Source: Dehalococcoidia bacterium (lineage in GTDB: Bacteria > Chloroflexota > Dehalococcoidia > Lucifugimonadales > UBA3495). Taken from it: DNA of 64,000 nt. A model generated the notes under the pieces. The model searched no databases. It worked only from the letters and a program-made list of their open reading frames with translations, and was not told the origin of the DNA. This document shows, piece by piece, positions 33,350 to 41,226 of the stretch. The translations under genes and the position numbers were made by a program. The stretch covers positions 26,400 to 90,399 of the forward strand of contig JAJDWF010000113.1 in NCBI GenBank assembly GCA_022825745.1, in the 5' to 3' direction. The number at the start of each line of letters is the position of its first letter. Positions within the stretch are counted from its first letter, which is position 1.

Positions 33350-34128
33350 GCTACGTCCCCCTCGTGAGCTATCTCCAAGGCCATTTCCATGAGCTCGGAA
33401 AGGACATCTTTGGCTTTGTCAGCCGGGATGCTTCTGCTTGCATCAACATGGGCGGTGTTGATGTCTAGTTGCAAACTCGCAGCGAATTGTATCCTGCTCC
33501 CTGATGCCACGGGACTGCCGTCCCCTACTCGACCAAATGAAACGGTTTGCCCTTGTGCTATTGACCAAGTGGCCAATCGATTGATCCATATCCCGGAAGA
33601 AACTTGACTCCGGCGTCTTCGATTAACTTGGAATGAGAAGTCTGGAGCATCAAGGCCTTCAAATTGGAATCTTGGGAGCGTGAGACTAAGCTTTGCGTAT
33701 GCCTCGGAAAGGCTAGGCGCGGGGGCGAGGAGCAATGCACCAACCGCTAGACGATTGATGCTCGGAGTCATGTTGATCAAGAGTTGGCTGGCTGGGGACA
33801 ATTCCCGCATAGCCTGCTGGTACCCCCTTTCAAACTTGTTCCATACGTCAGTACTTCCTGGCGGCGGAATATTGACCGGTTGCGCGAGGATATCAGTCCG
33901 TTCGGCGCGAATGTTCATAGTCCATTGCGTATCGCCAATTTGTCCTCCAACCACCCTGACACCCTCAAGATTCTTGGTATCATCCTGTTGAGGGGTGGAG
34001 CCGAAAGCTTCCGTCCAATAACCGTGGATTTTATCCCCCAAGTCGATGGCGGAATGGAATATGGTAATGCGTAGTTGTTGAGCCAGCCATTCGATATTCG
34101 GCTTAGCCCTTTCAGGTGTAGTTGTCAT
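33346..34128 (-). CDS. Hypothetical protein (cassette gene 1, 260 aa)
   Basis: Long ORF in the low-GC islet. No catalytic or binding motif recognised. Confidence 0.6.
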   Translation of the reverse strand: MTTTPERAKPNIEWLAQQLRITIFHSAIDLGDKIHGYWTEAFGSTPQQDDTKNLEGVRVVGGQIGDTQWTMNIRAERTDILAQPVNIPPPGSTDVWNKFERGYQQAMRELSPASQLLINMTPSINRLAVGALLLAPAPSLSEAYAKLSLTLPRFQFEGLDAPDFSFQVNRRRRSQVSSGIWINRLATWSIAQGQTVSFGRVGDGSPVASGSRIQFAASLQLDINTAHVDASRSIPADKAKDVLSELMEMALEIAHEGDVA

Positions 34129-34196
34129 AATCTTAATTCATTGATGACAGTGTCCATACGCCGGCTCAAGCCAAGCGGCTACTTGCTTGCCGCGAT

Positions 34197-34226
34197 GCTA
34201 TAGCCTATGAGCGCATATCCTGTCAA
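34197..34226 (-). promoter_or_regulatory. Sigma70-like promoter TTGACA-N18-TATAGC for the cassette
   Basis: Minus-strand TTGACA (34226-34221) and TATAGC (34202-34197), about 70 nt upstream of ATG 34128. Confidence 0.35.
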
Positions 34227-34308
34227 CCCTTTGTCCCCATTGTAACACCCACCGTGCCTAGGGCGATAATGGGATGATCCTATTCCATTTGCTTTGACAA
34301 GATATGTC

Positions 34309-34620
34309 TCACCCGTTCCGGAAGAGACTTTCCAGCGTTTGAGTCTCGTCGCCTTCCACCAGTGCCCATTCGTCGCTGTCAAGGAAACTTCCCTCGAACT
34401 TCCAGTCCGGCTTTCCGCCAGGCAGGTTTTCGCTGGCATAAAGGCAGCAGGCGCGTATGTCCTCAACGGACAGTTGGGGATAGTGCTTTATGATGTCGCC
34501 CTCTTTTGTTCCGCCAGCCAACAGGTAGAGGACGAAGGAAACGGAGATTCGAGTTCCCTTCACCCGAGGCTTGCCCATCAGAAAATCCCGGTCGGATACG
34601 ATGCGCTCCATCAAGTCCAT
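34309..34620 (-). CDS. DUF433-domain protein (antitoxin-like) with atypical C-terminal extension
   Basis: SD GGGAGG precedes the start. DFLMGKPRVKGTRISVSFVLYLLAGGTKEGDIIKHYPQLSVEDIRACCLYA is the DUF433 pattern. About 35 extra acidic residues at the C-terminus. Confidence 0.7.
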   Translation of the reverse strand: MDLMERIVSDRDFLMGKPRVKGTRISVSFVLYLLAGGTKEGDIIKHYPQLSVEDIRACCLYASENLPGGKPDWKFEGSFLDSDEWALVEGDETQTLESLFRNG

Positions 34621-34748
34621 AATGCAACCTCCCAGCCCTGCCGGAACGGGGCTGTGCGTACCTCATATCCTAACACGCTATCAATTCCACAAGGTTCCAC
34701 CGGCTTTGACCGCGCCTGAATACCCTGGCGGGCTAAAGCCACCGCCCG

Positions 34749-36008
34749 CTACGGACTTATAACCAACGCCGAATCAACCGCCGCGGCGGCATCCCCCAGC
34801 GGCGCAGCAATCAGCTCGGCCAGAGACGTGGCGATGGTAGCGCACTCAGCGGACATATTGACCACCAGGTCCACCGGCGTATCGGCGGGAATGCCGGCCT
34901 TTTGCAACCCAACCGCCGGATCCCGCCAGGTTCCACCACCGTCCGCCCCCAGTATGACAACGGCCCGGCCGGACGCCGCAATCCCCGCGAGGTCGTCGAT
35001 CCGCTCCACCGACCCGCAAACGGATTCCAGCGGCGAAAGGCCACGCCGTTCCAGCGCGAGCCGGTAGAATCCGGGCGCCGGTATCAACGAAACAGTGCCT
35101 ACGGATTCCTCAAGGTCCGACAATAGCGACGGCATCGACTCGGCAGGATCGCCCAGCGTAACCACCATCGACCACAGGCCGGCCCGTATGTCCCGCACCA
35201 GCCGGTTCACCAACTCGGCGCGGTTGTCCGCGTTCAGCGTCAATTCCACCGAGCGGATCCAGCGTCGCGCCACCGCCAGCGCGGCCGGCGACCCGATGAC
35301 GTAATCGGCGTTGGCGAGCATTTCCCGCGTCGGCATCGGAACGGACGCCGGGTCGCCCGTGCCCAGGCCGGCTACGGTCACCGCTCGTTCCGCCGAGCGG
35401 AACGCCGCCACGAACCTGCGGGTTTCCACCACCTGCCGGGCGTGGTTGCCCTCGTGTCCCGAGGTGCGTTCGATCAGGTCCAGCAGCGACAGCGCCGGGT
35501 AGTTGTTCTCGGGATTGTACGGCGTGGCCGGCAGGTCCAACTGCGCCGGCGACAGGCCGGTTATCAACGCGCGGAACCGCTGGTAGTTAGCCTCCAGGCG
35601 GGCCACGTCGGCGGCGATGCGGTCCTCCCGGCCATCGAACGGCGGCAGCATCTCCCGCTCGCCCGAGGCAATCTCTTCCAGCGCCTGCACAAAATTCTCG
35701 GTCAGCAAATGCTGCATCACCTCCCACACCGACCAGCGCGAACCCAGGAACGCCTCCGCCTCGTCCACGCCGTCCAGCGCCGCCAGCAGCGCGGCGTGGC
35801 CGTCATCCAGCCGCCGCAGGGCGCGCTGCTGCCGCTCGGTTGGGGAAAGGACTTCGTTCTGCACGTCATCGGGCACACCGTGGGAAACCATGAAAATTAC
35901 CTGCCGGAGTAGGTTCGTTGATTCAGCCGGAATATTATTGCACACGGCAGCCGCTCGCTGAGCCGAACGCAATCGGTTATCATTCAATATGGTCTCCCTC
36001 AACGACAC
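34749..36008 (-). CDS. DinB-like domain fused to a tetrapyrrole (CbiE/CobL-type) methylase-like domain
   Basis: N-terminal WSVWEVMQHLL..SGHEGNHARQV (DinB_2-like). C-terminal VTVAGLGTGDP..ADYVIG..VVTLGDP..LIPAPG. The start may be ATG 35891 instead of GTG 36008, which would overlap the divergent gene. Confidence 0.6.
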   Translation of the reverse strand: MSLRETILNDNRLRSAQRAAAVCNNIPAESTNLLRQVIFMVSHGVPDDVQNEVLSPTERQQRALRRLDDGHAALLAALDGVDEAEAFLGSRWSVWEVMQHLLTENFVQALEEIASGEREMLPPFDGREDRIAADVARLEANYQRFRALITGLSPAQLDLPATPYNPENNYPALSLLDLIERTSGHEGNHARQVVETRRFVAAFRSAERAVTVAGLGTGDPASVPMPTREMLANADYVIGSPAALAVARRWIRSVELTLNADNRAELVNRLVRDIRAGLWSMVVTLGDPAESMPSLLSDLEESVGTVSLIPAPGFYRLALERRGLSPLESVCGSVERIDDLAGIAASGRAVVILGADGGGTWRDPAVGLQKAGIPADTPVDLVVNMSAECATIATSLAELIAAPLGDAAAAVDSALVISP

Positions 36009-36786
36009 CTATAGTTCCGGCGTGCGGCCCGGGCAAACCCTGTCCGCGCGCCGGGTGCAACGCGAGTTGGACCGGCTCCTCGAATTGGCGGAGTCGGGCG
36101 TCGCCGCGTCAACCCTGCACGTGCCGTCCTCCGGCGCCCACGACGGCGTTACCATCGCGGCGTTGGCCAGGCACCGGGACGGCCCCTCGTGGATTGACGC
36201 GCTGGAACGCGCCAGCAACCAGGCGCTGCGCTCGCCGACGGGCGTGGCTGCTTTCCGGGTCGGGAACGCCGGCATCGCCATATTGCCGCCCTTTCCCATG
36301 GACGCCACGAGCCTGGACGTAGGCATCAACGACCTGCCGCTGCGCGCGCTGCTGGCGACCCGTTTCACCGTGGGCGTCGCGCTGGTGCGGCTGGGCCGTT
36401 ACGCCGTCGCGGTGTATGAGGGGCAGCAGTTGGCGGTCTCGAAAACCGACACTCGCTACGTGAAGAGCAAGCACCACGCCGGCGGTACGTCCCAGCAGAG
36501 GTTCCGGCGCGTCCGGGAAAACCAGATTCACCGGCTGTACGTCGAGGCGTCGGACGTGCTGGAACGGCAGTGGCGGCCCTGGCTCGACCGGCTGGACTAC
36601 GTCGCGCTGGGCGGAGAGGCCGCCACCGTCAACGGATTCGTCAAAGAGTGCCCCATGCTCGCCCGGCTGTCCTCCATCACCTTGCCGCGCCGCCTGGACG
36701 TGCGCGAACCCAACCGCGCCGCGCTGGACCAGGTGGGCGCGTTGCTCTACCAGTGCCGCGCCTACCCGCTGCGGTGGGACGACTGA
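35989..36786 (+). CDS. Vms1/ANKZF1-like (VLRF1-family) peptidyl-tRNA hydrolase
   Basis: 265 aa. eRF1-like core with KSKHHAGGTSQQRFRRVRENQ (GG-x-SQxRF loop). Confidence 0.65.
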   Translation: MVSLNDTYSSGVRPGQTLSARRVQRELDRLLELAESGVAASTLHVPSSGAHDGVTIAALARHRDGPSWIDALERASNQALRSPTGVAAFRVGNAGIAILPPFPMDATSLDVGINDLPLRALLATRFTVGVALVRLGRYAVAVYEGQQLAVSKTDTRYVKSKHHAGGTSQQRFRRVRENQIHRLYVEASDVLERQWRPWLDRLDYVALGGEAATVNGFVKECPMLARLSSITLPRRLDVREPNRAALDQVGALLYQCRAYPLRWDD

Positions 36787-36817
36787 CCAACACCCGCCAA
36801 ATCCGCCGCTCCCCCAA

Positions 36818-36826
36818 TGCTATAAT
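36818..36826 (+). promoter_or_regulatory. Extended -10 TGcTATAAT, 7 nt upstream of the mutS2 ATG (leaderless-type arrangement)
   Basis: tgctataat ttcgccc ATG. No SD fits between the -10 and the start codon. Confidence 0.45.
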
Positions 36827-36833
36827 TTCGCCC

Positions 36834-39284
36834 ATGCAGCAGGCGGACGAACAGCCCATCCCTTCCGATGCAGAATCCGGCGGCAGCTTCCGGCGCGCGC
36901 TGGGGCTGCTGGAATTCGACGAAATACGCCGGCAACTGTCCGCTGCCACCCGCACCGCCGTCGGCGCGGAGTCCGCCGCCGAACTCACCCCCTCCGCCGA
37001 CCCGCGCGACGTCGCCGTGCGTCAGCAGGAAACCGCCGAGGCGCGCCGCCTGCTCGACACCGCCACTGCCCTGGAAGCGGGGCCATCCGCCGACCTGCGC
37101 CCCGCCGTCCATCGCGCCCTGCTGGGCGGCGTCCTGAGCGGCGAGGAACTGCACAACATCGGAACGCTGGCCGCCGCCGCCCGCTGGAATCGCAACGCCC
37201 TGTCCCACCGGGAAGACCTGCCCATCCTGGCCGCCGTTACCCAGAACCTGCCCGACCTGCCCGATCTCGAAAGCGCAGTCAACCGCGCCATCGGTCCCGC
37301 CGGTGAAGTGCTGGACAACGCATCGCCCGAGCTTTCCCGCCTGCGCCGGGAGTCGCGCTCATCCTACTCCGCCCTCAACGACGTGATGCAGCGCACGCTG
37401 CGCCGCTACCAGCGTTCCGGCATCGCCCAGGAGGACATCGTAACCGAGCGCAACGGGCGCATGGTGCTGCTGGTCAAGACCGACTTCAAGGGCAAGGCCC
37501 CCGGCATCGTCCACGACGTATCCGACAGCGGCGCCACCGTGTTCATCGAACCCATGCCGGCCATCGACCTGGGCAACCGCTGGCGCGAGACTCGCTTGGC
37601 CGAGCAGCGCGAGGAGGAACGGGTGCTGCGCCAACTGTCCTCCCTGGTGGGCCGTTACGCCGAGGACATCAACCTGATGGCGCACCTGCTGGGCCGCCTG
37701 GATCTGGCCGTGGCCAAGGGCCGCTACGCCGCCGGCATGAGGGCGGTGCCGCCCAGCCTGCCGGAACCCGGCGCGCCGCGCCGGCTGCGGCTGACGGGCG
37801 CCCGCCACCCGCTGCTCACCGGCGACGTGGTGCCCACCACCATCAGCATCGACGCCGACCATCCGGTGCTGCTCGTCACCGGCCCCAACGCCGGCGGCAA
37901 GACCGTGGCCCTCAAGACCGTCGGCCTGCTGGCCATGATGGCCCACGCCGGCCTCCAGATCCCGGCCAACGAGGCCGACCTGCCCCTGTTTGACGGCATC
38001 TACGCCGACATCGGCGACCAGCAGAGCATCTTCGAGTCTCTCTCCACGTTCAGCAGCCACATCCGCAACATCGAGCGTATTCTGGACGTGGTCACGCCGC
38101 GCTCGCTGGTGCTGATCGACGAACTGGGTTCGGCCACCGACCCTGAAGAAGGTTCGGCCCTGGCCATCGCCCTGCTGGCGCATCTGCGGGACTGCGGCGC
38201 GATGGTGGTGGCGACCACGCACCACCGCAACGTCGCCCGCCTGGCCCAGGAAGAGCCGGGCATGGTCAACGCCAGCGTTGACCTCAATCCCCGCACGCTG
38301 GAACCGACGTACCGCCTGACTCACGGCGTGCCGGGCCGCAGCTACGCCCTGACCATAGCCGCCCGCCTGGGGTTGCCCGAGACCGTAATCGCCGATGCGC
38401 AGACCCACCTGGAGCCGTCCCACGTGCAGACCGACCGGCTGTTGCAGGAATTGCAGGAGGAACGGCTCACCGTGTCCGAACTGCGCCAGCAGGCCGAGCA
38501 GGCGCTCGCCGACGCCCGCCGGCATGAGGCGGAAATCGCCGAACGGCTCGAAGCGGTGGAGGACACCAAGGCCCAATTGGTGGAAGATGCCCGTCGCGAG
38601 CTTGCCGAGGAAATCGCGGAAGTCGCCGGCCGCATCCGCCAGGCCGAGCGTTCCTTGCGGCGGGAGCAGGATCGCCAGGACGCTGTCAGCCGGAACGCCC
38701 AACGCCCGGACGTCGATTCGCAATCGGACGTCGATTTGCAGGCGGAACGCGAGCGGTTGGTCGAGGCCCAGCGCGAGGTGGTGTCGCCGGAGTGGGCGCC
38801 GATTCCCGTGGAGCGTCCGCCCTGGTACCACGACCTGCGTGTCGGCGACCGCGTGTACATCCGTGGCGTGTCCCGACCGGTGGAGGTGGTCACGCCGCCC
38901 GACGAGCAGCAGGAAATCGAGGTCGTCATCGGCAGCATGCGCGCCCGGCTGCCCGTGTACCAGTTGGACCGGGCGGCCGACCGCGTCCATCCCGCCGCTG
39001 AGCAGGCCGGCGTCGTCTATCGGCGCCCGGAGGCCAAGCGCACGCTCAGCCCCGAGGTCAACCTGCACGGCTACCGCGTTGACGAGGCCCTGAACGTCAT
39101 CGACTCCCTGCTGGACGACGCGGCCCTGGAGGGCATGACCTCGCTGAAAATCGTCCACGGCAAGGGCACCGGCGCGCTGCGCCGCGCCATCCGCGAATAC
39201 CTCACCGGCCACCCGCTCGTGGCAACCACCGAGCCAGGCGAAGGCGGCTCAGCCGCCGGCGTAACGGTGGTGCAACTGCGCTGA
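36834..39284 (+). CDS. mutS2: Endonuclease MutS2 (MutS ATPase + C-terminal Smr domain)
   Basis: Walker A TGPNAGGKT and LIDELGSATDP. C-terminal Smr LHGYRVDEAL..KIVHGKGTGALR. Confidence 0.9.
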   Translation: MQQADEQPIPSDAESGGSFRRALGLLEFDEIRRQLSAATRTAVGAESAAELTPSADPRDVAVRQQETAEARRLLDTATALEAGPSADLRPAVHRALLGGVLSGEELHNIGTLAAAARWNRNALSHREDLPILAAVTQNLPDLPDLESAVNRAIGPAGEVLDNASPELSRLRRESRSSYSALNDVMQRTLRRYQRSGIAQEDIVTERNGRMVLLVKTDFKGKAPGIVHDVSDSGATVFIEPMPAIDLGNRWRETRLAEQREEERVLRQLSSLVGRYAEDINLMAHLLGRLDLAVAKGRYAAGMRAVPPSLPEPGAPRRLRLTGARHPLLTGDVVPTTISIDADHPVLLVTGPNAGGKTVALKTVGLLAMMAHAGLQIPANEADLPLFDGIYADIGDQQSIFESLSTFSSHIRNIERILDVVTPRSLVLIDELGSATDPEEGSALAIALLAHLRDCGAMVVATTHHRNVARLAQEEPGMVNASVDLNPRTLEPTYRLTHGVPGRSYALTIAARLGLPETVIADAQTHLEPSHVQTDRLLQELQEERLTVSELRQQAEQALADARRHEAEIAERLEAVEDTKAQLVEDARRELAEEIAEVAGRIRQAERSLRREQDRQDAVSRNAQRPDVDSQSDVDLQAERERLVEAQREVVSPEWAPIPVERPPWYHDLRVGDRVYIRGVSRPVEVVTPPDEQQEIEVVIGSMRARLPVYQLDRAADRVHPAAEQAGVVYRRPEAKRTLSPEVNLHGYRVDEALNVIDSLLDDAALEGMTSLKIVHGKGTGALRRAIREYLTGHPLVATTEPGEGGSAAGVTVVQLR

Positions 39285-39351
39285 CCAGATTTGCGGTGAG
39301 ACTCAGCGGATTCGAGAGACTCGTCGGATTATAGGCGAAAGCGGCCACGCC

Positions 39352-39597
39352 TTAGTCCCGCCGGTCCGTAAAGTCCTCATCCGAATCCAAAACGTAATCG
39401 TCGTCGTAATACCAGTCAAACTCTTCGTCGTCGCGCCGGCGCAGCTTTCCCCAGACCAATTTGCCCACCACCACGACCACGGCCAGCAGCACCAGGCCGC
39501 TGATGATCCATATATCCAGATATGCCAGAAAGGTCAGGTCGGCAGCCTGTACGGCGACGGACTGTATGGCGACGAAAAGGATGCTGGGCGGGTTCAT
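39352..39597 (-). CDS. Small membrane protein with acidic tail
   Basis: Start MNPPSILFVAIQS.. Two hydrophobic helices, then DDEEFDWYYDDDYVLDSDEDF. Confidence 0.4.
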   Translation of the reverse strand: MNPPSILFVAIQSVAVQAADLTFLAYLDIWIISGLVLLAVVVVVGKLVWGKLRRRDDEEFDWYYDDDYVLDSDEDFTDRRD

Positions 39598-39755
39598 GGG
39601 CGCTCCGGGGCGCAAAATCGCCGAATCTCGCAGGGCCCCAAGTATGCCCCGGTCGGAATGATTTACAATAATAGCACCTGCCCCGCCGGGTTTGCCTGGA
39701 ACCCCGTTGACATCTAAAGGCGATGCAAGGCCCAGAGGCGACACGAAGCGGGCTG

Positions 39756-40691
39756 ATGGTGAAGATTATGAAAGAGACCGTAAATGCCTTCCTTCAGTAT
39801 CTGATCGTCGAGCGTGGCTTTTCCCAGAACACGCTGGACGCTTACAGCAACGACCTGAACCAGTTCCGCCAATTCGTCTCCGAATACCTCGACGACTCGG
39901 ACGACGACCCCGAAGTCTTGCGCGAGGTGGACCTCGACCTGCTGAACGCATACATCAGCGAGCTTCGCGAAAAAAAGGGCTATCGGGATTCGACGGTCGC
40001 CCGCAAGGTGGCTGCCGTCCGCTCCTTCTTTGGCTACCTGAGCGCCAACGAACTGATCAGCGAAGACCCCACCGAGACTCTTGGTTCGCCGCGAGTGGGG
40101 CGGGCCATGCCTAAATTCATTTCCGAAGACGACGTGAAACTGCTGCTCGGCACCGCCGCCGATACCGGTACTCCGGAAGGCCGCCGCGACGCCAGCATCC
40201 TGGAACTGCTCTACGCCACCGGCGTCCGGGTCAGCGAGTTGGTTGCCCTCAACGTGCAGGACATCGACTTTGAAGAGGGCTTCATCCGCGCCTGGGGCAA
40301 GGGCGCCAAGGAGCGCATCGTATATGTGTATCCCGAAGCCCTGGTCAACCTGCGCGAATACATCGGCGGTGCGCGGGCTGAAATGGTCGCCAACAAGAAA
40401 GGCGAAACCGCGCTCTACGTCAACAACCGGGGCGAGCGCCTGACCCGCCAATGGGTCTGGAACATCCTCAAAACCGCCGCCAAAAAGTCCGGCGTTGACC
40501 CGAAAATCACACCCCACACGCTGCGCCACAGCTTCGCCACGCACCTGCTGCAGAACGGCGCGTCGCTGCGCCACGTGCAGGAACTCCTGGGCCACTCCAA
40601 CATCTCCACCACCCAGGTGTACACCCACCTCACCGACACCCACGTACGCGACGAGTACCGCCGCAGCCACCCCCGCGCTATTGAGGGCTAA
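39756..40691 (+). CDS. Tyrosine site-specific recombinase XerC/XerD-like
   Basis: FLQYLIVERGFSQNTLDAYSNDL.., RHSFATHLL, LLGHSNISTTQVYTH. Start could be 39723, 39756 or 39768. Confidence 0.85.
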   Translation: MVKIMKETVNAFLQYLIVERGFSQNTLDAYSNDLNQFRQFVSEYLDDSDDDPEVLREVDLDLLNAYISELREKKGYRDSTVARKVAAVRSFFGYLSANELISEDPTETLGSPRVGRAMPKFISEDDVKLLLGTAADTGTPEGRRDASILELLYATGVRVSELVALNVQDIDFEEGFIRAWGKGAKERIVYVYPEALVNLREYIGGARAEMVANKKGETALYVNNRGERLTRQWVWNILKTAAKKSGVDPKITPHTLRHSFATHLLQNGASLRHVQELLGHSNISTTQVYTHLTDTHVRDEYRRSHPRAIEG

Positions 40692-40829
40692 ACCGCACAT
40701 TCCGCCGCGTTTGCTGGTATTATTGAATCATGCCAACGGCCATTTCATACAACCGCCGTTCCCATTCATATACTGACTGCAAATTGCGCTGATGAACGCC
40801 CTCCGGCGTCCCGGCGCACGGAGGTCGCA

Positions 40830-41168
40830 ATGCCAAGCAAGGGCAAACGAATCGCGTCGCGCCAGAACAACCTGCGCCGGCGCCGCAACAACGCCAACCG
40901 CACCAATCCCCCCGCCGGCGCCAGGGCAACCGCCGTAGCGGAGCCGGTACCGGCTCCGGCGAGCGCCCCAACCGCGTCACCGAGTCCGGCGCCAGCCGCC
41001 GCCCCCACGGGCGCGGGCCGCCCCATCGGGCGCTCCGAAACGCAGCCCCGGGGCCGCCGCTTTGATCGCCCCGCGGCCTACAACCACGTGGGTTCGGAGC
41101 TGAGGCGCATCGGAATTTTCTCCGGCGTGCTGGTCGTGGTGCTGGTCGCCGTGTCCTTCGTAATCTAG
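40830..41168 (+). CDS. Hypothetical tail-anchored protein (basic N-terminus, Pro/Ala-rich linker)
   Basis: MPSKGKRIASRQNNLRRRRNN.. C-terminal TM IGIFSGVLVVVLVAVSFVI. Confidence 0.45.
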   Translation: MPSKGKRIASRQNNLRRRRNNANRTNPPAGARATAVAEPVPAPASAPTASPSPAPAAAPTGAGRPIGRSETQPRGRRFDRPAAYNHVGSELRRIGIFSGVLVVVLVAVSFVI

Positions 41169-41185
41169 GACACGCTACCGGCGCC

Positions 41186-41210
41186 GTCATTCCCGCGCAG
41201 GCGGGAATCC
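41186..41210 (+). repeat. REP-like hairpin (copy 3)
   Basis: GTCATTCCCGCGCAGGCGGGAATCC, 18 nt after stop 41168 and 16 nt before uvrC. Confidence 0.8.
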
Positions 41211-41226
41211 AGCGGCCGAGAGCATC

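Larger units (their letters stand above)
31121..34748. other. Low-GC (~50%) genomic islet with no recognisable mobility gene
   Basis: Composition drops sharply between the 30224..31120 gene and the 34749.. gene. Contains only small or unrecognisable ORFs, almost all on the minus strand. Confidence 0.7.

Noticed and set aside
34179-34466. 95-aa ORF overlapping the 3' end of the DUF433 gene as the missing toxin partner.
   Set aside because: It is out of frame and overlaps the DUF433 CDS. The translation is compositionally odd (Gly/Ser/Thr/Lys-rich), has no PIN/DUF5615 motif, and covers the promoter-like region of the cassette.
39756-40691. The tyrosine recombinase as the integrase of the low-GC islet or another mobile element.
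   Set aside because: XerC/XerD-like length and motifs, backbone-like GC, 5 kb away from the islet with housekeeping genes in between. Most likely the chromosome-dimer resolvase.
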